The notes under the pieces are model-generated. The model was not told the DNA's origin. It saw nothing but the letters and a program-made list of their open reading frames with translations, and searched no databases. Made by a program: the position numbers and the translations under genes. 64,000 nt of DNA from Camelus ferus (Eukaryota): NCBI RefSeq assembly GCF_009834535.1, contig NC_045717.1:19654001-19718000 (forward strand), read 5' to 3'. Shown here piece after piece: positions 40,816 to 59,149 of this stretch. Numbering within the stretch: position 1 is the stretch's first letter; each line of letters opens with the position of its first letter.

Positions 40816-41109
40816 ATCCCAGGAAGCCTACCACTGTGCTGAGAGTAGGATGGGAGGGAAGCTTCTCAACGTACTCCTTTCTAATTCTGCATCATACAAA
40901 TATGTTGCACACTTTAAAAAGCAAGTCACATCAATCAACCAGTGCCCATCCTTTATGTTCCAGAAGTCAGCAACTGGGTCCAGATGCAGACGGAGCATAT
41001 TCCCACCCCTACATCTGGTCCCCAAGGAGAACTCCCACACTTAGGTTTCCTTCAACAATTTTAATCAAACGGTGGGGGGGGGGGGGTAAATGGGGTACAG
41101 ACTGGCAAC

Positions 41110-45200
<4,091 letters not shown>

Positions 45201-46114
45201 GCCGAGCTCTCGGTTTGGGGAACGGAGTGGGTGGGGTCGCTTTCCAAGCTTCGCCCCGGTGTCTCTGGAGCTTCGCCCGCCGGAGCTAGTGGGATGGGAG
45301 GGAAATAAAAGGGAAATTGAGGCGGGCCTTGGAGGACCCGATTCGGTCAGGGCCTAGAAGTTCAAATACCACTATACTCCCAGAATACGGTGTCTGTATC
45401 GCTGAATTCCTGTCCCCCATCTGGTTTCAGGCACTTTGTACTCGCGGTCCCTGCCACTCCACACAGTCTAAGACCCGTGGACTAGGAATCCCCGCTCCCA
45501 TGGAGCTCAAACCTTCATTCTTGGAGTTCCCCAACTGACCCTCTCTGTCGCTCATCCGGAGCGCCCCCCTCCCCTTGCCTGGTACTACCCTCTCTCTCAT
45601 TCGGGCTAAGACTCCCCGAACCAAGACCGCAGACTTCTAAAGACTCGGCTCAGAGTCTCCACCCACCACGCAGGCTCCTTCCCCCCAACTCGGGGTGCAC
45701 CCCCCATACCACCCTTCTCCCTCTCCCCCATCTTAGCGAGAAGCACGCCTCCTAGATTTGTCCACCGCGCGGCACGTCTCTTTCGATTCCCTGCTTTCAG
45801 CGGGGCTCACGCCCTCGGCCTGTGGATTTCTGTTCCTCACCAGGGTCCCAGTTCCTCCAGCTCCGTTTTCCCCTCTCCGGCCCCACAACCTTTCTTCCTT
45901 TCTCCTCGGATATCAGCGGGGCTCACATCTCCTGACTCAGCTCTCCCATCCCACACCGCGATCAAGCCCCAGACTTCGTTTTCCTTTCCGGTGCCCGCTC
46001 TTACCCGCCCCCAACAGCCCTTTCCCCTCTCCCTGCCCACCCTGGGAACCCGCGGCCCCTGACTCGCCAGCCCTTCCCGGCCCCACCTCCTCTGCGCCCG
46101 ATTCTCACCCGGGC

Positions 46115-47975
<1,861 letters not shown>

Positions 47976-48369
47976 TTATTTTCCGCCCACCCTAGCGACT
48001 GCCTTTGTGCTTGCGGGGAAAACCGAGGCCAGAGCCTTGGAGTACAGGCCGCATCCCCAGGCTCCCCGCCCCCTGCTCGCGGCGTCTCCTGCTGGGCCGG
48101 TGGGCTTGCGCGGCCGCGCTCAGGCCGACGCGCAAACGAGGGGCCGGGCGGCAGCTGTCCCGCCGCTCTCGCTGTCCAGGGGGGTGGGTCTCCCAAAGTC
48201 TCAAGGCCGTGTGGACCTGGTCCCGGAGAGGGTGCAGGGCAGTGCTGCTGTTGCCTCCGCCGCTCTGACTCAGTAACTGGGCCCAGCCCGCCTCGTGACC
48301 TTGGGGAGCGAGGACAAAGGGTCCTCCCGGGCGTACTGACCAGGAGGGGGTGGGTCTCAGCTTTCAGTC

Positions 48370-50412
48370 ATGGCTTCAGGCAACGCGCACATCGGAAAGC
48401 ACGCCCCCGAGTTCCAGGCCACCGCCGTGGTAGATGGCGCCTTCAAGGAGGTGAAGCTTTCAGACTACAGAGGTGAGGGCGGCCTGGAGGGGAGCCTGGT
48501 GGGGGCGGAGCACAGGCATTAGAGGCACTGAGCCCTCACTCCTTGTCTATTCGCACCCCGTTCCCCAGGGAAATACTTGGTTCTCTTTTTCTACCCGCTG
48601 GACTTCACCTTTGTGTGCCCCACGGAGATCATCGCTTTCAGTGAGCATGCTGAGGAGTTCCACAAGCTGGGCTGCGAGGTGCTGGGGGTCTCCGTCGACT
48701 CTCAGTTCACCCACCTGGCTTGGTATGAGTGGGGACCAGCAAGGAGGGAGGGTGCAGCTAAACCTGCCCGTCCATAGGGTCGGAGCTGTGTGTTCTCGTG
48801 GCCAGTGTTCAATCTCTGCGCCTCCCTTTCGCATCTTGAAAATAATGGAAATAGTGATGTCCAAAGTCTTTAACGATGATGACAATTAGCATTTGGAAAC
48901 TAGTCGGGAGGCCTAGAGAGTTGCAGATGTTTTATCTCACTTAGGGCAACACCAGTCTCCCTCCCAAGAACTATTTCAATAAGGTGAAAACTCCAGTTCA
49001 AGAGAGTGAAGGGATGGGCGCCAGAACACAGAGATAAAGATAGAAGGATAGAGACTAAGGCAGGTTCTCTGCCCCAAGATGCAGGCAGCCACAAGCACAT
49101 GTGAAGCCATTTGCTAGAGTATTAGCTTAGTCTTCCCAGCTGGAGGAAACAGCCCTTGCACCCACTTCAGGGTGGGATGGGTGGGGCTCCCCAGGCCTTA
49201 CTCCAAAGCCCCTTATCGCTCACCTCCAGCACTCCCTCTCCAGCCCTTATCACACCCAGGCCCGCATGGTGAGGACTTTGCTGTGCCAGGCATCCTGAGG
49301 TCCCAGCCCTGTCTTCCCCACCCCTAGGATCAACACCCCTCGGAAGGAGGGAGGCTTGGGCCCCCTGAACATCCCCCTGCTGGCTGATGTAACCAGAAGC
49401 TTGTCCCGTGATTATGGTGTGCTAAAGGAAGACGAGGGCATCGCCTACAGGTACTGTGGCAGCCTCAGGAAGCCCCTGTCCTCAGGGTGTCAGGGTGAGG
49501 GGACCACTCTTGGGTGATGCCCTCCTTGCCCCTAACCCTGTGGCTAGCAGGAAGTCGATACTCCCTCCCCTAGCCCTAATAGTGGGAGCCCCAGCTCCTC
49601 ACTATGAACCCTGATATCTTAGGGGCCTCTTTATCATCGATGGCAAGGGTATCCTTCGCCAGATCACTATCAATGATTTGCCCGTGGGACGCTCCGTGGA
49701 CGAGGCTCTGCGGCTGGTCCAGGCCTTCCAGTACACAGATGAGCACGGGGAAGGTGAGCAGACACACACACTGACATGTTCACACGTGGGTACCTATGCA
49801 GCCCCTCTATCATGCGTGCGTACATTCATTGCCTGCTTATCACCCGTGTGGGATGGATGTGAGGGCCCCAAAGAAGATTCAGCTCAAGGCCGGAAGCCAG
49901 GAAGTTTCTAGTCTGGTGGGGGAAATACCCCAATATGAGACTGGGGAGCTGGGAGGTAATAGAAATCTATAGAAGGTATTTGAGAATGAGTGTCCCAGGC
50001 AGGCTTTAATGTTAGTTGGATCAGAGTATCTTCTCATGTGAAGGACACAACCTGATCACAGCCAGGCCCTCGAAGTCCAGTGGGGCTGGGGCTGAGAGAG
50101 AAAGATGGGATGAAAGGAGCCAAAAAGGAAGTTAAAATGTCAGCCAGAAAATCCTGCAGCTGGGTTTGGAGGGCTTCTCCATGCAGCATGGTCTTGGGCC
50201 TGGAACACTCGGCTCCAGGCTTTTTCTTCTGCAACTCATGCTCTTGCTTTGCCTATCTGTCCCCTCACTATGGCCCTACCTTGAATATGGCCCTTTAACC
50301 TCACATGTGCATCTCTGTCTTTCCAGTCTGTCCTGCTGGCTGGAAGCCAGGCAGTGACACAATCAAGCCCAATGTGGATGACAGCAAGGAATATTTCTCC
50401 AAACACAACTAG
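48370..50412 (+). CDS. PRDX2: Peroxiredoxin-2, 198 aa
   Basis: Exons 48370-48472, 48569-48722, 49328-49450, 49623-49753 and 50327-50412; total 597 nt. [10 protein letters not shown]...[13 protein letters not shown] (peroxidatic Cys), GGLG, VCPAGW (resolving Cys), [14 protein letters not shown] at 50618-50623. Confidence 0.98.
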
Positions 50413-52012
50413 GCTGGCAGACAGGTGGCAAGCTTGGGTCTTGGCCCCCATCTGTGCCCCTGTCTGGGTGCCTTGAGCTGACCCACGAAAGGCCAGACCT
50501 GCCCCTTCAGACTCTACAGTCCATGGCCCTAAAGGGCTAGGCCAAGGCCTTCTCAAGCTCCCAGCTGGGAGCTGGTGAATGGTGACCCCCTCCCAGGGCA
50601 CAGGCCTAGACGTGACCAATAAAGTGTTCGGGACAGTTAAGTCTGTGTTCGTGTGGTTTGTCCTGGTGTGGTACCACACCACTCCCCGCCCCCTTTCTCC
50701 AGGCTCTGGTCTGGGAAACTGACTGTAGTTACTGATCTCCACCACAAGGTGGCAGTCGCACCTCACGCTCAGCGCTTACTCTTCCTCTTTTTCCTTGGCC
50801 TGAAGGCGGTTGGGGAGTGAGGAAGGTGGCGCTGTTTGCCCCTTGCAGGGAGCAAGTCCCAGGCTGCCTTACAACCTGAAACCTGGCTACTCAGGGCAGC
50901 ACTCGCACCTTGTCAACAACCAGCTTGGGTTCAAATGCCTCTTAAGAGCTGTGATCTTCCCTGGGTCTCTTCAACAGCAAATTGGGAATAAAGACAACCA
51001 ACCCACATCACTATACACGTTAAAAGGGATCTAAAAGTATGTGAAGCTCAGGGCCCTGTTAATGGTTATTAGGACCAGGTCCCTGGGGCTGAAAGAAGGT
51101 GGGGACTCAATCCTGAGAGCAGAACCAAGAGTGGGAACTTGATGTACACACATAGTCCCTCCTGCAAGTTCTGCCCCACCCCAGATTGGAAGGGCTTTCC
51201 ATCTGCCCCGGGAGTGGAAGGATGAGAGTGAAGCTGGAAGGCAGGTGTTAGGAGCAAGACAGTGTTAGAAGGAGTGCAGTTTGATGCTGTGCATGTTCAG
51301 GGGAGTGGCTTTCCCACTCTAAGCCCCCATTTCCTTCCACAGAACAAGATTGATATGTGTATTTAATCCATAGGCCCATTATTAATATTGCTACCCACCC
51401 TAATATGCTCCAAGGTCACTCTTCTCAGCCTTGGAGTTTTATCTACACTCCCCAAGGCCCTGCGTGATCTTCCCTGACCTCATCTCTCCCTTCCTGGTTC
51501 ACTCCATTGCAGCACACTGGCTTCTTGCTGTTCTTTAACAGGCTGATTTGTTCAGGCCACAGGAACTTTGCATGTGCCGTTCCCTCTGCCCAGAGAGCTG
51601 TTACTCAGGATTCTCGGGGCTTGACTTCAAATCTGAAAAATCACTTCATTAAAGGTTCATATTCCCCATCCATTCTCAGCTCAAAGCAGCTCACCTCTCC
51701 TGCCCCATCACTACTACTTTGACCAGTTTTTTCTCTTCCTAGCACTTACCACCATCTCCGAATCATGTTTGCTTGTTTATTGTCTGTCTGCCCTGGTCCA
51801 AGATTGACACCAAGGCCAGGTTGTTCAGTATTTTATAAATGAATTAATAAAGCGTCTGTTTTAACCCACCTCGCCCCTGTGGCCTGGTTTCTTGGCCTGT
51901 GTTTCCCTCTGCTGCTCTGGGGGCCTCCAGCTCCAAAGCCAACCAGACCCCCTCGGGGCTCACCAGCCTCCCTCCACCCGTCCCAGCTACGGGGGAAGCA
52001 GCCCCATGCGAG

Positions 52013-52042
<30 letters not shown>
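52013..52042. repeat. (GGC)10 trinucleotide repeat in the CpG island 3' of JUNB
   Basis: Ten uninterrupted GGC units counted directly. Confidence 0.95.
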
Positions 52043-52045
<3 letters not shown>

Positions 52046-52329
52046 CGGCGGCCCAAGCAGCCGCCCCGGCAGGACCAGACCTGGCAGTCGCCCCGCTCCA
52101 GGCCTGGCACCCGGGAGGGGAAACTGGCAGACGGGCACCGCCCTTCCTGGCGGGGGTGGGGGGACCGCGGCAGTCACGACGCGCAGGCAACTGCAACCCC
52201 CCGCCCGGGTCAGGTCAGACGGAGCAGGCGTGGGCGCGACAGGGCCCAGGCGCCAGCCCGATGTGGGGAGAATCTGGGGTGGCTCCCAGAGCTCAGGAGC
52301 GCGGCCCGCCCACCGCGGACTCTCTGGAC

Positions 52330-52530
52330 CCAGGCCTGGGGCTTTCCGGGCCTCGGCAGCCTTCTGCCTGGGAAAATCCCGGCCCCCTTCCCGGCGCCGC
52401 GGCCCTGCCCGGCAGAGCGGGGGAGGGGATTCCCGGAATCTGCCCGGAGACCGCCGTCGCGTCACTGGGCAGAATCGGCCCATGTTTGGACAGCGCTTCC
52501 GCTGCGTCAGCGGGGAAAGCCCCGGCGCGC
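52330..52530. promoter_or_regulatory. JUNB 3' (downstream) inducible enhancer
   Basis: NF-kB-type sites GGGGCTTTCC (52338-52347), GGGAAAATCCC (52370-52380), GGGGATTCCC (52425-52434) and GGGAAAGCCCC (52513-52523); STAT site TTCCCGGAA (52430-52438); CRE-like TCGCGTCA and TGCGTCA; CArG-like CCATGTTTGG (52480-52489). Matches the described junB 3' enhancer. Confidence 0.8.
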
Positions 52531-53317
52531 GCGGCTGGGCGGGGCCGCGCCCGCGCACTGCGCGTTTCGCCCCAGGCATCCCGGCCTCTGGTGCTGGCTG
52601 GCTGGACCGCGTAACCGCGCTGGACCTCCCAACCTGGAAGATGAGGGGACGCAAGAAGGGTTGGACACCTGAAGTGGGGCCGCAAGATGCCTGAACAGAG
52701 CTGGCGAGGATGACACGTACTAGAACGAGGCACAAACAGCAGTGGGTTGGGGGCCGCCCAGTACTCTTCCCTCCGCCCGCCCGGCTTGGAAAAAAAGACA
52801 ACAGAAATTAATAAAGAACCTTTTTTTTCTTTACTTAAATAGATTCAATAAAAAGTCCGAACAACAAACGCACACACACACACAAACACATCAAAATAAA
52901 CTCTTTAGATAACAAGTGCGTGTTTCTTTTCCACAGTACGTTGCAGAGGGGGAGGGCAGGGGGCGGAGGTCCCCTCCCCAGTATCCCCGCGGGCTTGAGT
53001 ACCAGGCGGCGGGGCCAGCTCCGCCGCCATCGCCCCCTCCTCCCCTCCCTGTTAAATACACAAATATATTATATCCAATATGAATTGAGTCTTTCCAGCA
53101 AGAAAAAAAAACATACAAAAAACGTGGAAGGGGGGCTTGTAAACGTCGAGGTGGAAGGACTGGGCGCAGAGCGGGCGAGCAGGAGTCCAGTGTGGTTTGC
53201 GGCGCCCCCAGGTCCCAAGGCCGGTGCCCACCGCCTGCCCCCTTGCCCCATGGGAGGCGGGCGCCCAGCCGTCCAGGCTGGGGAAATGTCCGTAAGGAGG
53301 GGGTATGGGGGGGGCGC

Positions 53318-54361
53318 TCAGAAGGCGTGTCCCTTGACCCCAAGCAGCAGCTGGCAGCCGTTGCTGACGTGGGTCATGACCTTCTGTTTGAGCTGGGCCA
53401 CCTGCTCCCGGAGGAGGCCGGCAGTGCTGGACAGCCCCGCGTTCTCGGCCTTGAGTGTCTTCACCTTGTCCTCCAGGCGCGCGATACGCTCCAGCTTCCG
53501 CTTCCGGCACTTAGTGGCCGCCAGCCGGTTCCGCAGCCGCTTGCGCTCTACTTTGATGCGCTCCTGGTCTTCCATGTTGATGGGGGACACTGGCGGCGTG
53601 GCGTCGCGACTGCGCGCCTCAGGCACGGTCTGCGGTTCCTCCTTGAAGGTGGAGGCGCCGCGACCCAGGCCCAGCTGCGCAGGGTGGCCACCGGCGAAGG
53701 GCGGCGCGTGTGGGAGGTAGCTGATGGTGGCCGTCGGGTATGAGCTCCCAGTGCCGACGGCGGTCCCGGCGCCTCCGGAGGGCGCAGAGGCTGGAGAATA
53801 GCTGCTGAGGTTGGTGTAGACGGGAGGCGGCTCCGGGCCGGCGTAGACACCCGCGGGCCCGGCCGGGGGACCCCCGCTGGCGCCCAGGGACACGTTGGGG
53901 GGTGTCACGTGGTTCATCTTGTGCAGGTCGTCCAGGGCTTTTACAAAGCCGTCGGCGAAGCCTTCCTGCTCCTCGGTGACGCCGCCCCCTGCGCCCCCCG
54001 CACCTCCACCGCTGCCACCCCCGCGGGGGTAAAAGTACTGTCCCGGAGGCGTGGGCGTTGTCGTGATCACGCCGTTGCTGTTGGGGACGATCAGGCGCTC
54101 CAGCTCCGATGAGGCGAGCTTGAGCGACGCGCCTGTGTCTGAGCCCTGGCCGGAAAAGTAGCTGCCGCCACCGCTGCCCTCTGGGCCGGGACCCCGCGCC
54201 CCGGGTGCTTTGAGATTTCGGTAGGGGTCGGCCAGGTTGAGCGCCAGGCTGGGTTTCAGGAGTTTGTAGTCGTGTAGAGAGAGGCCGCCAGGAGTCCGGC
54301 CGTATCCCGCCGCTGCGTATGAGTCGTCGTGGTAGAAGGGCTGTTCCATTTTAGTGCACAT
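53318..54361 (-). CDS. JUNB: Transcription factor JunB (AP-1 bZIP), intronless, 347 aa
   Basis: [15 protein letters not shown]...[78 protein letters not shown]; 1044 nt. Confidence 0.99.
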   Translation of the reverse strand: MCTKMEQPFYHDDSYAAAGYGRTPGGLSLHDYKLLKPSLALNLADPYRNLKAPGARGPGPEGSGGGSYFSGQGSDTGASLKLASSELERLIVPNSNGVITTTPTPPGQYFYPRGGGSGGGAGGAGGGVTEEQEGFADGFVKALDDLHKMNHVTPPNVSLGASGGPPAGPAGVYAGPEPPPVYTNLSSYSPASAPSGGAGTAVGTGSSYPTATISYLPHAPPFAGGHPAQLGLGRGASTFKEEPQTVPEARSRDATPPVSPINMEDQERIKVERKRLRNRLAATKCRKRKLERIARLEDKVKTLKAENAGLSSTAGLLREQVAQLKQKVMTHVSNGCQLLLGVKGHAF

Positions 54362-54639
54362 CCGGCCGGCCCGGGCGGTCTGAGGGGGTCCCTGCGGGGC
54401 CGCCCCGGGCCTCGCTGCAGCGAGCGGCGCGCTGTCCGCGGCGGTAGCTGGACTGGGTGGCTGGACGCGGGTTCCTAGGGGCTGGCACAGGCTGGGAGAG
54501 GCCAGCGGCGGCAGTGCGCGGAAGCTCTGTGCGGCTTCTCGAGCCCCCCTACCCCTCTCTAGTGCGCTCGCTTTCTTGGTGTCGCTTCCCCCTTGCTCCC
54601 TGCTCCCAGCTGGCTCCGATGGTGGCCTGGCCGCGCTCA

Positions 54640-54800
54640 AGGTCCCAGCCGCTCAGCCGGAGCCACAAGCCTTTATACGGCGATTGTCAGCTGCGGAAGT
54701 GCACTCCGATTGGCCGTCGCCGGAGCCAGGCCCCCGCGCCCCCCTCCTGGAGCGTGGGGAAGGGGAGGAGGCGGCTCGCGTCACTGTCAGGAAGCGCGTG
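54640..54800 (-). promoter_or_regulatory. JUNB core promoter with IL-6 response element
   Basis: TATAAA (minus, 54672-54677), ETS CGGAAGT (about 54694-54700), CCAAT (minus, 54709-54713), and TTCCTGACAGTGACGCGA (minus, 54776-54793), the STAT-like plus CRE-like JRE-IL6 arrangement. Confidence 0.88.
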
Positions 54801-56189
54801 TCCTTGTAAACAGCGGCCACGGGCTGGGTGGCTCGGCAAGGCTGCAGGGGGAGGGGCTCAGGGGACCCTGGGGTGCACAACGAAGGGGGTGCTGGAGAGG
54901 TCTGAGACACACGGGGAGAGGCTCCAGGGAGGCCGATAATTTCCCTGGAATACGCAATGAGGGTTAGGAGGAACTGGTACAGAGCAAGTGTGTGTGTGTT
55001 GAGGGGGTGGTCCTGGAGGGCGCGCTGAAGGCCTGAGGGATCCGGAGTATCCCAGAGGGGCTGAAGGGCTGAGAATGCACTGAGAGATCCCGCAAAGGAG
55101 AGACAGGAGAGCTAAGCAGGGTAGCCCCAGGAAGGGTAGGGAGACGCCTGACTCAGGAATTGAGTAGTTGTCCTGAGTCCAGAAGGGTTAAAGGACTGGA
55201 ATTTTCACGGGAGGAACTGACCCCAGGAAAAGTGAGGAGGAGAGACCAAAGGGGTACACGGGAGTGGCTGGAGAACCCCACTATGCAAAAAAATGAGTAG
55301 GGGTCCTGGAGTCCCTGGGAGAGACTGAGTCCCCCACAAGTGGGAATGGGAAAGAATTGGGGGAATCTAGATATGCAGAGAGTGGGTGAGGGTCCTGGGG
55401 TATACTGAGTCAAGGAAAATACGTGGAGTAGAAGATTGGGACACTGTCAGAGGTTGGGGGGTCACTGGGCTCACCTTTGAAGCCCCGATGAAGGATAATT
55501 AGAAAGGTCAGGGCACTCCTTCAGAGCTGAGATGACACTGACAGAGGGTGCCCGGTTGAGACATAAAAGAAGGAGGGGTCTTTGTGGATCCTGGGGACAA
55601 GGACTGCTGGATCTTCCATGATCGGCACCCCTTCTCGTGGGTGAACTCTAGGTGCCTGTATACTCTGTTCCCACCTCAAAGCCCTCCCCCAGTGACCCAG
55701 GGCTTGACTGATACCGTGTCGGCTCCTGGTGCCTAGACCCAGCCCGACGGCCGGGGCGCGGTCGCCCAACCCCACTCCTTCCTTAGAAACAGGCTGGGGA
55801 AAGAGCGCTGCGGCAGGAAGTGTGGCAACAGCCCCGGGGGAAGGAGCCCGGCCCTGCCTCCGTCACTCGAATCCTACGGGACCATGCGCCCCACCCTGGG
55901 TCCAGCTGCGTTCAGAGCCTCGGAAGAGGAACCTAGGCTTGAGACCCCCAGGAGACGAGGGTGCGCCGAACACGCCCAGCTGCTGAGGCCTCCAGTCACC
56001 GACCCCCACCCAACAATGGTTCAGCCCTCGGCGCCGGCAGGCGATTGTGGAGGCTGGCGGTCCGGGGACGATTCCATTGGCCCGACAGAGGGGGACTCAC
56101 GGGGAGCGGGGCCTGGTCGCCTTGGCAACAGGCTGGAGTCCGCGGGCAGGACTGGGGGCGGGGCGGCCCCCGGAGTCTCTCCTCGACGC

Positions 56190-56209
56190 CCATATTAGGG
56201 CACAGGAAG
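56190..56209. promoter_or_regulatory. JUNB upstream serum response element (CArG + ETS)
   Basis: CCATATTAGG (56190-56199, identical to the c-fos CArG) with adjacent CAGGAAG (56203-56209), about 1.55 kb upstream of the TSS. Confidence 0.85.
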
Positions 56210-59149
56210 GGGTGTGGTCAGCCCTGTCCTGGGGCCCCCGGCCTGCAGCCGGGAGCCCGGGTATCTGCCAGGTCCCAGGGCGCGCCAGGGCCCCCGAACG
56301 GCTAGTCCCGACCAGCCCCGGTCGCCGCCCCCGGGGCCCCCACGGCCGCCTGGCCCGGCCCCACCCAGCCGCTCTGGAGCTACGTCCTGCCAGGCCCTGC
56401 CCGGCCCGACCCAGCCTGGCAGGTCCCCGCCTGCCCGCGGGCCTGGGTCGGACTTCGCCCCCGGCCCGACCCGACAGGGCGTGGAAGGGGCGGGCCAATG
56501 CCTCGAGGAGACCCCGGCGCCTTGGTGGGCTGGCACGGCTGCCTTGTACCTCGAGCAGGGTGCCCTTGCTTTCTGTCAGGAGGTCTGGGGTCCTTCCCCA
56601 CATTCATCTCTAGGGGCTGGGGTGCCCCCTCTTTCACTCATGTGCGTGAGAGGCCCTACTCCTGTTTTCGTGTGTGTGGGGGTGGGGTCTCCTCACCATT
56701 CAGAATACCTAAAGGGGGGATCCACCCCCTCATCTGAGGGCATTCCTCCTCTCCAGACAGAAGGGACCTGAAAATCCAAGGGGAGAATCTGAAAGAACCC
56801 CTCCAGAGCCCCTTCCCCAGGAATGAGTGAAGGTTTCGATGATGAGGCTTCTAGTTAGACCTAAGGTGAGACTTCCAAGCAGATAGGATATGAGCCACTA
56901 GAACCAGAGGTGAGAAGCTCAGTCTCTTCCTCTCCACTCCCGCCACATCTCAACCTCTCTGTCTTTCTCCGAGGGAGAGAGAGAGAGAGACCTCTGTCTT
57001 TGGAGAGCATGAAGTTTCTTTAGGGTAGAAAGAGGCTGAGAGAGAAGGGCTAGCTAGCCTTCATAGGGCAGACACAGAGCTCACCAAGTGTGGAGGGAAG
57101 GAAAATGAAAGAGGCAAAAGAGAAACTGAGCTCTGTGGGGGCAGGGGGAAGTCCAGCAGAGCAGTGGCCTTGGGGAGGAAGGTCCCATGAAGAGCTGGGG
57201 GTGTCCCCATCTTTGGAGGGTCCTTGTGACCCCTGGGTACCCCCCTCCCCTCCTCCTCTTATTTGAACGCTCACTCCCCTCCCCCGCCCCAGGCTCAAGG
57301 GAGATTCCAGTGGCCACGGAGTCTGGCAGGCACTCTGCCAGGCCTGTGTCTCCCGCCCATGCTAATAACTGCAGCTGACATCTGGCTGGGCCCTGCGGGG
57401 GCGCAGCGGGCAGCGTTGGGGGGCTGGGCAGATCTGGCCAGAGGGCAGCATCTCAGGAAGCCAACCTGCAGGTCCCACAGGCCAGGAGGCCACAGTGAGT
57501 CAGCCCTGACCAGTGCTGAGGCTGGCCATGCCAGGGAGAGAGGTGAGGCAGGCCCAGTGAGGGCAGAGTTGGAGGGCAACAACCGAGCAGGGATGTATGG
57601 GGGTGGGGGTCAGGGCTGGGAGAGATGCAGGGTAAGAGTCATGCAGACACATGGCACTACTCAGAGACACTGAAGATAGGCAGACAGATTGAGAAACAAT
57701 AATTATTATTTTAATAGCTAACACTTATATGGCTCTTACCATAGGTCAGGCACTCTTCTAAGTGGTTTACATAGAATAACTCCCTGCCTGCTTCCAACAA
57801 CCCAGCAAAATGCATGCCATTTGTGTCCCCATTTAACAAACTAGAAAACTTAGTCCCAGGAAGGTAAGGAACTTGCCTGATGTTCCAACATCTGTAACTG
57901 CTGGACTTGAGATAGAACGTCAGCCACTTCTGGGTGGATAATCACAACCAGAGATGCATTTATGGAGTACCAACCATATGCCAAGCTCTGCAGACCTTTG
58001 CACAGAGGGTCTCCTTTATCCAGAGATAAATGGGGTTGGGCACAGGGCGGAGGGGTGCTGGTGTTTGGGGGCAGGCCAGCATGCCAGAGTGGGGTCCTGT
58101 CACTCCATGCACTCTGCATGGGTGTTTGAGCAGGGGGTGGGGATTGGACAAGTGAGGGAGGGCGGGGGCCCAGCTGAGCTGGTACAGCCGGTTCCAGGCC
58201 CCTGCCAGTCTCACCCTTGTGGCCTGGGCGCCACCCCCTCACGCCGCCCCACTGGCGCCAAGGCCAGCCTGTGAGGAGGGTGTGAGGAGAGCCCCCTCCT
58301 CCGTCTGCCCTGGGTGCCCAGACTAGCAGCTGGGTACTGCCCAGGCCTTGGGCTCCAGACCAGCCTCTGGCTGAGGAGTCTGAGCCCAGGCTTTGCTCGT
58401 GCCCAGGGGCCCTGGGGCCCGGGGGACTGGATAAGGAGGAAGTTCACCCACCCCCACCCACGGGTCTCTCTGGGGCTTTTGGCCCTGGCAGGAGGGACTT
58501 CTCCTTCTTATAAATAGCCTGGTGACCCCCTCCTCCCTGGCCCTACTGGCCGGCAGGGCCCTCACCAGGAAGCTGGGCTGGGGGCTGCCTGTGAGTCAGC
58601 CAGTGCGCAGGCCAGGGCGAGAACCCACAAGTTAGAGCACCCAGGCTCCCTCATCCCTGCCCCTGGGTGTGGACAGGCAGCTGGCAGGAAGAAGCTAAGA
58701 ATCCTAGAGGCCCTCCCCCAGGAACCCCTGGCTTGCCAGCTGCTTCCCTCCCCCACCTCTGTGGTTTAGGGGGTCCCTCACCCCTCTCCTGGAGAGGAAG
58801 CTGCCTGGTTTTCTTGGAAGCAGGAAGGAGTCTGTCTCCTCAGGCTGACTCAGCTGGGCATGAGGGGAGTTTCCCACAAAGTTGTTTCTGTCCACCCCCC
58901 CAGCTGCTGGTGAGGTCTTGGGGGGCCTGAGCATGGCAGAGATCCTGGGTGCCCCATTGACAGGGCATGTGCTAAGGAAACAGGCCCACACCCCACTGAG
59001 ACTGGGGCTGCTGAGCCAGGCCTCCTAGGGGAAGTGACAAACAACAGGGAGGGAGGGGGGCGATGTTTGGAGAGAGGAAGCACCAGGATCTCCGGGTGGG
59101 GGTAGAGATGGGTTGGGAAGCCCAGAGCCCCAAGGCACCTCAGCATGGT

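Noticed and set aside
51846-51851. Plus-strand AATAAA suggesting an unannotated transcript end
   Set aside because: It coincides with the AT-rich 3' tail of an L2 fragment; no upstream exons identified.
51833-52801. Several overlapping 240-322 aa ORFs on both strands
   Set aside because: They lie in a CpG island with a GGC repeat. Stop-poor GC-rich sequence yields open frames everywhere; no recognisable domain, and the region matches the JUNB 3' enhancer.
54362-54640. 93-aa in-frame N-terminal extension of JUNB in the ORF track (440 aa ORF)
   Set aside because: It starts at a TTG about 32 nt downstream of the TATA box, essentially at the cap site. The sequence is low-complexity GC-rich 5' UTR; the canonical protein begins at ATG 54361.
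55884-56771. Multiple 100-188 aa ORFs upstream of JUNB
   Set aside because: GC-rich enhancer sequence around the SRE; Pro/Arg/Gly-biased translations with no splice-supported gene model.
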